A stretch of 64,000 bases of DNA, taken from the IMG/VR virus record IMGVR_UViG_3300042885_000900, one strand, 5' to 3'. Positions within the stretch are counted from its first letter, which is position 1; the number at the start of each line of letters is the position of its first letter. Source of the DNA: a virus (lineage: Duplodnaviria > Heunggongvirae > Uroviricota > Caudoviricetes). A program made the position numbers and the translations under genes. The notes below the pieces were generated by a model that saw only the letters and a list, made by a program, of their open reading frames with translations, searched no databases and was not told where the DNA came from. This document shows positions 57,201 through 64,000 of the stretch, piece after piece.

Positions 57201-59081
57201 ACCACTCGTTCCTGATGAACCTGCCGCACCTGTTGCTCCCGATGTTCCTGACGAACCACTAGTACCTGATGTACCTCTTGTTCCTGAAGAACCACTAGTT
57301 CCTGAAGAACCACTTGTTCCTGAAGAACCACTTGTTCCGGATGTACCTCTTGTTCCCGATGTACCACTAGAACCATTTGCACCCGATGTTCCACTAGAAC
57401 CTGTTGCTCCCGATGTTCCTGACGAACCACTAGTACCTGATGTACCTCTTGTTCCTGACGAACCACTTGTTCCGGATGTACCTCTTGTTCCCGATGTACC
57501 ACTAGAACCATTTGCACCCGATGTTCCACTAGAACCATTTGCACCCGATGTTCCACTAGAACCCGTCGCTCCCGATGTTCCTGACGAACCACTTGTTCCG
57601 GATGTACCTCTTGTTCCTGAAGAACCACTTGTTCCGGATGTACCTCTTGTTCCCGATGTACCACTAGAACCATTTGCTCCCGATGTTCCACTAGAACCCG
57701 TCGCTCCCGATGTTCCTGATGAACCACTTGTTCCCGAAGAACCACTAACCCCACTAGCACCAGATGTCCCTGACGAACCACTAGTACCTGAAGTACCTCT
57801 CGTTCCTGAAGTTCCACTAGAACCACTAACACCACTAGTCCCCGAAGACCCACTATTTCCACTAGTACCTGAAGTTCCTCTCGTTCCTGAAGTCCCACTA
57901 GAACCACTAATACCACTTGTTCCTGAAGAACCACTACCACCAGTGCTTCCGGATGTTGTAACCAATAAACCATTAGAACCCACACACACCAAACATCCTG
58001 ATGAACTAGTGAAACTACATACAGATAAATCATTAACAAATGTGGTACATGCTCTGTTTGCGGTTATATTACTACCAATAATATTGGTATGTGTAAATGA
58101 GGAAGATATTGTATTACCTATACCACCTAATATTGATGAACAATTACCATTTGCACAATTACAACAACCTCCACCAATTACAGAATAACAACTGGTTATA
58201 GTATTTAGATAACCACCACCAATTGATGAATAAGATGCACTAATACAAAGTTTATTACCATAACCACCCGATATAGTTCCTAGTCCAGATAAAACACGAT
58301 TAGAATAACCACCACCAATGAATGACCTAGTACCTGAAACTATATTATCATGACCTCCGCCAATAAATGAGGAAGATACTAACTCACAAATTATATTAGA
58401 TAAACCACCACCAATTGATGAGGTAGTTCCTGATACGCGATTACTAAAACCACCACCAATAAATGAAAAACATTCTGATACGGTATTTCCACTACCTCCT
58501 AATGCTGCCGAAAAATTTCCTGATGCGGTATTTCCAACACCACATCTAACAGATGAGTTAATACCACCACCTAATATTATTACCGGAGGATTAGGACTTG
58601 TTCCACTAGTACCAGCCGAACCCGTTATACCTGAAGACCCCGATGAACCATTAATTCCACTAGTACCTGAAGAACCACCGGCACCTGATGTCCCCGATGT
58701 CCCTGATGTCCCACTATTACCCGATGTTCCTGATGTTCCCGATGTCCCACTATCACCTGATGAACCACTAGGTCCTGAAGTACCATTAACACCTGAAGTA
58801 CCATTAGCACCTGAAGTACCATTAGCACCAGATGTTCCCGATGTACCATTAATAAAACCTGTTATTGTAACTATACCACCCGTTGAGTCGTATAGTTCCA
58901 ATGTTGTTGCAGCAGAGAAATAAGTTCCTCCTGTAATATATGGGAATATATTTAATACTTGACCTATTTCGGCCTTATATGATGACCCTTGAGGACTTTG
59001 CGTCGTATCATAAGGTTTAACAATATGTATTAAGTCATTAACAGTTACGCCAGTCGCTAAAAGTCTATCGGTTAATCTCAT
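54291..59081 (-). CDS. Giant fibre-like protein, 1596 aa. It has collagen-like G-X-Y tracts, long beta-helix-like IGGGxxN repeats (about 14-aa period) and a C-terminal globular domain.
   Basis: GTSGTSGSSGTRGTSG... tracts, and more than 50 copies of S(F/I)IGGG(x)xN. Confidence 0.8.
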   Translation of the reverse strand: MRLTDRLLATGVTVNDLIHIVKPYDTTQSPQGSSYKAEIGQVLNIFPYITGGTYFSAATTLELYDSTGGIVTITGFINGTSGTSGANGTSGANGTSGVNGTSGPSGSSGDSGTSGTSGTSGNSGTSGTSGTSGAGGSSGTSGINGSSGSSGITGSAGTSGTSPNPPVIILGGGINSSVRCGVGNTASGNFSAALGGSGNTVSECFSFIGGGFSNRVSGTTSSIGGGLSNIICELVSSSFIGGGHDNIVSGTRSFIGGGYSNRVLSGLGTISGGYGNKLCISASYSSIGGGYLNTITSCYSVIGGGCCNCANGNCSSILGGIGNTISSSFTHTNIIGSNITANRACTTFVNDLSVCSFTSSSGCLVCVGSNGLLVTTSGSTGGSGSSGTSGISGSSGTSGTRGTSGTSGNSGSSGTSGVSGSSGTSGTRGTSGTSGSSGTSGASGVSGSSGTSGSSGTSGATGSSGTSGANGSSGTSGTRGTSGTSGSSGTRGTSGTSGSSGTSGATGSSGTSGANGSSGTSGANGSSGTSGTRGTSGTSGSSGTRGTSGTSGSSGTSGATGSSGTSGANGSSGTSGTRGTSGTSGSSGTSGSSGTSGSSGTRGTSGTSGSSGTSGATGAAGSSGTSGFSPTPPVIVLGVGTYSSVRCGVSNQSNGNCSASLGGQLNIVDILSPHGTIVGGCNNILSGASRSFIGGGCSNTISSNCESFIGGGSDNTMLSNILYIGGRNTISGGHLNKMGLSNSGNNGYLYDNTIGGGLSNTIYGRQIQNSVIGGGLSNKIFGQYHCSSTISGGKCNIISGVTTSYGTIGGGCSNIIDNNNNSFIGGGKLNCIKKEYSVVGGGYQNKNYGHSSTIAGGNTNSILNCNGVGGFIGGGYCNTVSSYSSVIVGGQYNCNISEQSFIGGGQGNTASGNRSFIGGGFTNTAFGFISTVSGGRCNNAIGTYSTIGGGKNNCVSSGSNCSVVGGGNCNRNYGVATTIAGGYCGKILSCGSGGGFLGGGLSNTVSSNQSVVVGGSYNCNTSAASFIGGGRCNNITVHEDAVIGGGLSNKTNGIRAAILGGCGNYATGYGSGIVSGNNNKSATKFAFVGGGHVNIVCGYQGGINGGVLNMVGNSPKIETSTVLGNCSLRFTGNLTSCFVTNDLLLTFDNNTCSRNVVVTASTYSAGFTTVNVTGATASVDVFAIGNQPLVRNLTKSSFGGSNSFIGGGVGNTAYGVNSTIGGGCKNCATGNYSTIGGGRINTVSNYVSTVGGGGGNIASGSTSTIGGGGYNKASGMASTIGGGGQRFQCGGWYGYSNTASGSFATIGGGQGNTARGNDSFIGGGCGNEILLGATYSTVSGGRFNRVSGNASTIGGGCYVSVSGNCSTIGGGGFTYVNGNPEFQKIVGSYSTIAGGVSNRIYGNWSTIAGGYNNCIGSCFSSILGGSSNRIPSGITFATIVGSNITADRGCTTFVNNINITNNKIFTVPTSNGGAGEVVYFGIGATLTAGSVYYYSTGGTWTLANATTVSGSTGLLGMALGTTIASGMLLRGYAKFSTTSFTSVTLGSILYVSTTAGEFSSTSPPATGNNVRIIGYCTDATNDIIYFCPDNSWVEVL
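57180..57960 (-). repeat. Collagen-like G-X-Y (GTSGSSGTRG...) coding tandem repeats, about 230 residues
   Basis: Near-perfect 18- and 27-nt tandem repeats are visible in the DNA. A second shorter tract lies at 58600-58862. Confidence 0.7.
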
Positions 59082-59113
59082 TTTTTAAATAATATTTATA
59101 TGTGATAAATAGT

Positions 59114-59419
59114 TTAATTTTGGAAATCGTACAAGATATTATCCATAAATTCAAAATCTACCAAATCTTGGAATTCCTTACCGGATACAGTAACAACACA
59201 AGAATAGATTTTAAACTCCTCACAACCATCTGAAGTAATTAATTTAATACCCAATGAAGGAGCATTATCAAATTGCGGTGGTAAAAATATATTTACATAC
59301 GGAGAAGGAGGTACGTTAATGATTGACACCAAAATGCATTGGTTTCCGTATATATCACAAGCATAAACTGTGTATGGAGGATTTAACCCTGATACTGAAT
59401 ATATCGCAACTGCTTTCAT
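59114..59419 (-). CDS. Hypothetical small protein. Possibly a fibre accessory or chaperone, judged only from its position.
   Basis: ORF track. Confidence 0.4.
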   Translation of the reverse strand: MKAVAIYSVSGLNPPYTVYACDIYGNQCILVSIINVPPSPYVNIFLPPQFDNAPSLGIKLITSDGCEEFKIYSCVVTVSGKEFQDLVDFEFMDNILYDFQN

Positions 59420-59422
59420 CTA

Positions 59423-61882
59423 TTAATCTTTTATTAATCTTACTGAGAAACCATATATTTTATTGTAACCATATCTATTAGCAACACTGGTATTAGCAGC
59501 CAAATATAGAAGCCAAGCAAAATCACTATCAACTTCTGTTGAACTCCAAAACCCACCATTGTTTCTAATATTATTAAATCCTCCAAAGTTTGAACGCCAA
59601 CCTCCAGGTAATCCTGTAAAACCGCTAGAGTTAGAGGCTCCTGTATTGGGACTTAACCAGTGTACTGTACCTGTTTCTTTTAATTTACCACCCGCAACAC
59701 TATTTCCACCTAAATAAGTGGTTAAAGTTGTCCATTCTGTATCAGTTGGAATGTGATATCCTGATGGTGCCAATTGTTTTCTTTGACCTACATCAGTTTT
59801 TGAGGCCTCATTCCAAATTCCCATCACAGCATACCAATTATATAACTTACCATATGTGTCTCCCGTTGTTGTACTACCGCTGTAATAACACCAAGCACCT
59901 GTTGTTAATGTCGCCCACTGGCTTGTTCCTGTGATTTGTGGAATTAATGTACCATCTCTATAAGTAGGAACATTTAAATTACACGCCGCCCAAGTTTGAG
60001 TTCCAATTGTTACATCATTCAATGAACAAAGATATGATGAGGAAACATTTAAATTAGTTAATAAACAACTAGGTATTTGAGACGCTCCTGAAATAACTTT
60101 TGAAACACTATTAACAGATGTTATATTATATGGATAATTTTTACCAATCATATATAGATTTGTGGTTATACCATCAAGGTTAACCGATGTTATATAGATA
60201 TTACCACTATCCTCGAAAATACCATATGTCGCACAACTATTATTCGGTAATAATAATTCAACATCAACTTCTAAAGTTCCTGTTAAATAATTCCATTGAC
60301 TTAAATAACATTTATCAGTAAAAGCATCAGTATTAAGTACCAAAAATTTATAAGCGAGTGTTCTATAAAAATCTCCAGTGATATATCTACCAACTATTAA
60401 AGGAAATTTAGTTGTCATAACAGGACTTACACCTGATATATCTATTTCAACAACTTCGTTAGGGCTATTAAAAGTATTTACCGCTAAAATAACTGTGTCC
60501 GAAATCGCCGCAAGACCCGCAGAATTACTAAAATTTAATGGAGAGGGGATATTACGATTAAATATCGCACTAAATGATGGTAAAGTTATATTATATTCGT
60601 TAAAACTAAGACCAATTGGTTCCCAAAGTTTATTTGAGGTATGAGCAATATCATTACCACCAGAATATTCTGCAGGCATTGTTAATAATGTTGAAGTATT
60701 TGTCGAAACATTATATGACCAAACTTTATCTTGATTATCATTATATATTACAGCACAAGTCGCTATAACAGGACAAGATTCAATATCAGTAAAATTAATT
60801 ATTGAATCAATAACTCCCAAAGTGGTATGAACAACATATCTACCAGGATATGTATATCCAGGTGTTGGTCCTAAATCAGTATCTAAAATAAATTTAGTCG
60901 TTCCAAGATATATCGTGTTATTAAAATTATATAATTGAACCCCAATACCAATATTTACAAATGTTTTAAAATTAAAACCATTTGGGTCACCATTTAAATT
61001 CACATAATAACTTTCCCATAAACATTTAGCCTCGTAATCCGTTGTTGAATTATTAATATTATGGGTTGTCTCATTTTGAGTAACAGATGTTGAAAAATAA
61101 GTATATATCGATGGTGTTGCCGGTTTTGTTGATGAAGGTGTCATTGTCATTGTTGGAGTCATCGTCATTGTTGGAGTTATTGTAGGTGTTTGAGTTGGAG
61201 TTTGGGAAGGTGACGCACCAGGTGTTGAGGTCATAGTAGGTGTTATAGTAGGTGTAGGTGTCATGGTAGGAGTTTGAGTTGGCGTTGGAGTTTTAGATAC
61301 TTCGGCAGGGTCAGTTAAAGTACATACCGTTATTGCCGTATAATCAAGCCAAAAATCTGTTGTTGTTGCCGTATATAACCCGGCAGGTAAATTCTGAATT
61401 GCCGGTGATATACTACCTTTATTATCTACACCCCCATTCCACCATACAGTTTTATACGGTGGTGTACCACCACTTATTGTAACCGACGCCTTACCATCAA
61501 TAGCTCCAGGGTATGATGGGTCTCTTGTATCATTTGGATTACAAGCAACCCCCATTGGGAAAATGGTTATTACATTACATTCATTTGATAGAGTATATGC
61601 TGTTATTACTGGTGATGGCGGAGGAAAACAACTAACGGAGTCATCACTACCAATACAAGTAACACAATCATCATAGTTTGTTAATATCGCATCACTTCCA
61701 TTATATATTTTTGAATTACTTGGGATAGGTTCATCAATCACATATCCACAAGCACTAAATTCAGGTGTTATTATAGAATAAACCTGATTAAGATTAGGTG
61801 TATCACCAACATAATTACTTAACCCAAAATAATTATCTGAATTATTAGATTTAGTACAACAAGTTTGAAAATAATAAGTCAT
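59423..61882 (-). CDS. Fibre/receptor-binding-like protein with a PT linker and a C-terminal FISUMP domain. Its C-terminal 445 aa are paralogous to the middle of 52012..54279.
   Basis: GKLYNWYA ... GYHIPTDTEWTTL ... GFTGLPGG ... GFSVRLIKD. Confidence 0.75.
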   Translation of the reverse strand: MTYYFQTCCTKSNNSDNYFGLSNYVGDTPNLNQVYSIITPEFSACGYVIDEPIPSNSKIYNGSDAILTNYDDCVTCIGSDDSVSCFPPPSPVITAYTLSNECNVITIFPMGVACNPNDTRDPSYPGAIDGKASVTISGGTPPYKTVWWNGGVDNKGSISPAIQNLPAGLYTATTTDFWLDYTAITVCTLTDPAEVSKTPTPTQTPTMTPTPTITPTMTSTPGASPSQTPTQTPTITPTMTMTPTMTMTPSSTKPATPSIYTYFSTSVTQNETTHNINNSTTDYEAKCLWESYYVNLNGDPNGFNFKTFVNIGIGVQLYNFNNTIYLGTTKFILDTDLGPTPGYTYPGRYVVHTTLGVIDSIINFTDIESCPVIATCAVIYNDNQDKVWSYNVSTNTSTLLTMPAEYSGGNDIAHTSNKLWEPIGLSFNEYNITLPSFSAIFNRNIPSPLNFSNSAGLAAISDTVILAVNTFNSPNEVVEIDISGVSPVMTTKFPLIVGRYITGDFYRTLAYKFLVLNTDAFTDKCYLSQWNYLTGTLEVDVELLLPNNSCATYGIFEDSGNIYITSVNLDGITTNLYMIGKNYPYNITSVNSVSKVISGASQIPSCLLTNLNVSSSYLCSLNDVTIGTQTWAACNLNVPTYRDGTLIPQITGTSQWATLTTGAWCYYSGSTTTGDTYGKLYNWYAVMGIWNEASKTDVGQRKQLAPSGYHIPTDTEWTTLTTYLGGNSVAGGKLKETGTVHWLSPNTGASNSSGFTGLPGGWRSNFGGFNNIRNNGGFWSSTEVDSDFAWLLYLAANTSVANRYGYNKIYGFSVRLIKD

Positions 61883-61991
61883 TGTCTCTTTATATATAAA
61901 TAATCGTTTATTTGATTTTTAAATAAAAAGATACAAACAATTTTATTTTTATAAATGGGACAAAAAAAATCCCCAATCAAGGGGATTATAT

Positions 61992-62276
61992 TTATTTTCC
62001 AAAATGTTCTTTGATTATTGCAATTCCTTCATCAATTTCATTGTAATCTCTTTCGGGAGCAAATAATAAACTATTCGGTTTAACATCCGGAGATTCAACA
62101 ATCATAAATGCGGGAACAAAATCATTTTCTGTTATCTCCACAAACATATCGTATTCGTCCTTATGTTCATTAATATCTCTTTCAACAAAGAATATGTCGG
62201 ACTCAACTAGTTTGTCCTTCATTTGGGTACAAAAAGGACACCCTTCCATTGTGAAAAGAATTAATAACTTATCCAT
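61992..62276 (-). CDS. Glutaredoxin-like protein
   Basis: KLLILFTMEGCPFC gives a beta strand followed by a CPFC active site. Confidence 0.6.
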   Translation of the reverse strand: MDKLLILFTMEGCPFCTQMKDKLVESDIFFVERDINEHKDEYDMFVEITENDFVPAFMIVESPDVKPNSLLFAPERDYNEIDEGIAIIKEHFGK

Positions 62277-62592
62277 TTAGTAAGTTATCAACTAATTCTT
62301 TTATTTGGGATTCCATTTGCATTCCTGGTTGAGAATAAACTTCTTTACCTTCTGAAAATGATTTTACAGTGGGTATTGCTCTAATACCTAAAGAAGAAGC
62401 GAATTCTTGATTTTTATCGACATCCATTGTATATAGTTGAACCTCGGAATTTTGATTTCTATATTCTTCTGAAAGTTTTTCAAAGGCAGGTTTCATTACG
62501 CGGCAGGGTTGGCACCAAGTGCCCCAAAAGTCCACGATTAATTTATCACCATTCTCAATTTTTTGTTTTAATTCTTCTGTTGTAATTTCCAT
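62269..62592 (-). CDS. Thioredoxin
   Basis: WGTWCQPCR active site, about 107 aa. Confidence 0.75.
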   Translation of the reverse strand: MEITTEELKQKIENGDKLIVDFWGTWCQPCRVMKPAFEKLSEEYRNQNSEVQLYTMDVDKNQEFASSLGIRAIPTVKSFSEGKEVYSQPGMQMESQIKELVDNLLNG

Positions 62593-62596
62593 AATT

Positions 62597-62935
62597 TTAA
62601 TCTTTTTTTATTGTTAATCGTTTTAATTGTGATATCATATAATCCACCACATTTTTTTTATCCACCGTTGTTAAAATAAATATATCAGTTTCCATTCTTC
62701 TATAAATTAAAATTCCGGTTGAGTCATATTCATATAATCTACCTTGATGCAATGTCATATATTCATCATTCATCCAATCTTCATACCATAATAGATGGGA
62801 TTTACTTAAAAATGTATCCATATCTTTTGGAGATATTGGTGTAACTCGTAAGTCAATAATGCTCGGGTATAAACCAAACCTTTCCTTGAAGGTGTCTATA
62901 CAATTTTGTGGTATTTCTTCCATATTAAAAATCAA
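62597..62935 (-). CDS. Hypothetical protein
   Basis: ORF track. Confidence 0.5.
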   Translation of the reverse strand: MIFNMEEIPQNCIDTFKERFGLYPSIIDLRVTPISPKDMDTFLSKSHLLWYEDWMNDEYMTLHQGRLYEYDSTGILIYRRMETDIFILTTVDKKNVVDYMISQLKRLTIKKD

Positions 62936-63983
62936 ATAAGTTATCGTTGTTTTCTATCTCTACAGCCCAATTAGAATTATAAGAATTCATTTTATAAATT
63001 AAATCGTTCTCCCACCCTAAATTATAAACTATTGGTGGTGTGGTACCAGCAATGTGTAATCCTATTCCTTTTGTTGTTTTATAATCTGATTGTATTTCTT
63101 TTCCCTTAACTTTAGCAATAATCTCTAAAGTATCAAATAATTTATTATCAACCAAAGTTGAAATTCTATCATCCAACACATTCAAAACTTTATCCCAACT
63201 ATTATCTAACAATTTATTATATCTACCTAAAGTTTGAACTCTATGTAAATTAAATTTTTTACCATTATGCGATATACAATATTCTATTGATGCTCTATCA
63301 CTAGAATCAATATCACCTCTTCGTAATGATATTAATAAAGATTGTGGTGTTTTTATATATATCTTAACACAATTAGATTGAGATATTGATTCCGTATTAT
63401 AATCTTTGGTGGTTTGTAATACAAGAGGTATATAACAATCATCCGCTTGAAGGATGACATCATTTACTTCTTGGATAAATTTCTCATTATAAACCCTTGT
63501 GAAATCCCCCGAATGATAATGAGAATGTTTTTCTGACCATTCAAAATGTTCCTCAATAAATTCAGTATGTGTGTTTGATTTCCATTTAACCGGTTCTTCA
63601 AATCTTTTTAATGAATCATAAAATCTAAAATGGTCTCTATAAGTCGCACTACTAATTTCCCCATCAATAACTAACTTAAAAATTTCAAAAGCGTTACTTT
63701 TCTCTTTATTATTTAAAAACTCACTACCAACGCCAATATAAAACCCCATTATGGGATTCTCCAACATTTTTTTAATTATGTCATCATTTTGAGAAGTTAT
63801 ATAATTTTTCCCAAATAATTTACAAGCAAAATCATAAGTCTCAAAATTACAAGATTTAACGGTATGTAATATTCGTTTTAATTTATCACCACTAACATTA
63901 TGAACATCCATAAAGGCGTCAATATATTTAAAATCTCTTTTCACCAAATCTTTTTTCTTTGGTTGCGGAAATACCGTCATCAA
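62925..63983 (-). CDS. Hypothetical protein, 352 aa
   Basis: ORF track. Confidence 0.6.
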   Translation of the reverse strand: MMTVFPQPKKKDLVKRDFKYIDAFMDVHNVSGDKLKRILHTVKSCNFETYDFACKLFGKNYITSQNDDIIKKMLENPIMGFYIGVGSEFLNNKEKSNAFEIFKLVIDGEISSATYRDHFRFYDSLKRFEEPVKWKSNTHTEFIEEHFEWSEKHSHYHSGDFTRVYNEKFIQEVNDVILQADDCYIPLVLQTTKDYNTESISQSNCVKIYIKTPQSLLISLRRGDIDSSDRASIEYCISHNGKKFNLHRVQTLGRYNKLLDNSWDKVLNVLDDRISTLVDNKLFDTLEIIAKVKGKEIQSDYKTTKGIGLHIAGTTPPIVYNLGWENDLIYKMNSYNSNWAVEIENNDNLFDF

Positions 63984-64000
63984 CTCAAACCAATTATTTG

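Noticed and set aside
57180-57960. CRISPR array interpretation of the regular short repeats
   Set aside because: The repeats are contiguous and in-frame, encoding G-X-Y collagen-like protein. There are no spacer-sized unique segments, so this is not CRISPR architecture. The same holds for the 15644-15991 repeat cluster, where the units are too few and too irregular.
57179-58039. Long antisense or alternate-frame ORFs inside the fibre genes. Examples are 54836-55330, 56000-56191, 57179-58039, 57943-58188, 58625-58849, 59728-59934 and 60378-60644.
   Set aside because: These are low-complexity translations (VLQEQ..., HREQ...) of the repetitive collagen and IGGG coding DNA in the wrong frame, nested within much longer, better-supported genes.
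1-64000. Origin from a eukaryotic giant virus (Mimiviridae-like). I considered this because of the low GC, the paralog families, the collagen repeats, the intein and the Trx/Grx genes.
   Set aside because: The promoter element is the Bacteroidota TAnnTTTG type. The terminators are bacterial-style intrinsic hairpins. FISUMP and lipobox features are bacterial. A phage is more parsimonious.
1-64000. tRNA, rRNA or tmRNA genes
   Set aside because: I looked at the ORF-free and GC-richer stretches (3760-3860, 5430-5715, 7342-8035 and 25300-25930) and found no cloverleaf-compatible or rRNA-like sequences. I cannot exclude a non-canonical RNA without a covariance search.

Overview
This is a very AT-rich window (roughly 30% GC) packed with short genes, about 85% of them on the minus strand. 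Most genes have their own upstream TAnnTTTG box 15-30 nt before the ATG (on the + strand text it reads 'caaagata' for minus-strand genes). This matches the established Bacteroidota sigma-A -7 consensus. Most genes are also followed by an A-run/GC-hairpin/T-run intrinsic terminator, and many of these work in both directions. The gene content points to a large virulent bacteriophage, or a phage-derived element, of a Bacteroidota host: two HNH endonucleases, an orphan DNA methyltransferase interrupted by a LAGLIDADG intein, Nudix, CCA-adding enzyme, thioredoxin and glutaredoxin, a nitroreductase, a ferritin-like protein, a peptidoglycan-binding protein, a secreted non-specific nuclease, a glycosyltransferase, and three very large fibre-like proteins carrying Pro/Thr linkers, collagen-like G-X-Y tracts, beta-helix-like IGGGxxN repeats and Fibrobacter-type (FISUMP) C-terminal domains. 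It is not a cellular core region, and a eukaryotic giant virus is unlikely. I found no rRNA, tRNA or CRISPR array. The most interesting signals are these. First, a family of at least 7 small enzymes (ParB-like nuclease, 2H phosphoesterase, flavodoxin-like reductase and others) all begin with the same ~17-residue leader, MNLQENIxRIKQMMG, which ends in an I-x-E motif like the T4 prohead-protease cleavage site; I read this as a candidate capsid-targeting propeptide. Second, a tandem + strand array of modular genes has conserved nucleotide junctions (AAGAAACACTTGAAGA and GAACAATTTAAAAAGAAA), which looks like domain shuffling, and one copy is interrupted by an in-frame stop. Third, there is a family of at least 12 paralogs that begin MKIIITE(S/N)(K/R). 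Fourth, two of the fibre genes share near-identical blocks, which suggests gene conversion. Fifth, there are several GC-rich, ORF-free structured islands and repeat clusters. All functional calls rest on motif recognition by eye and I could not run any searches.
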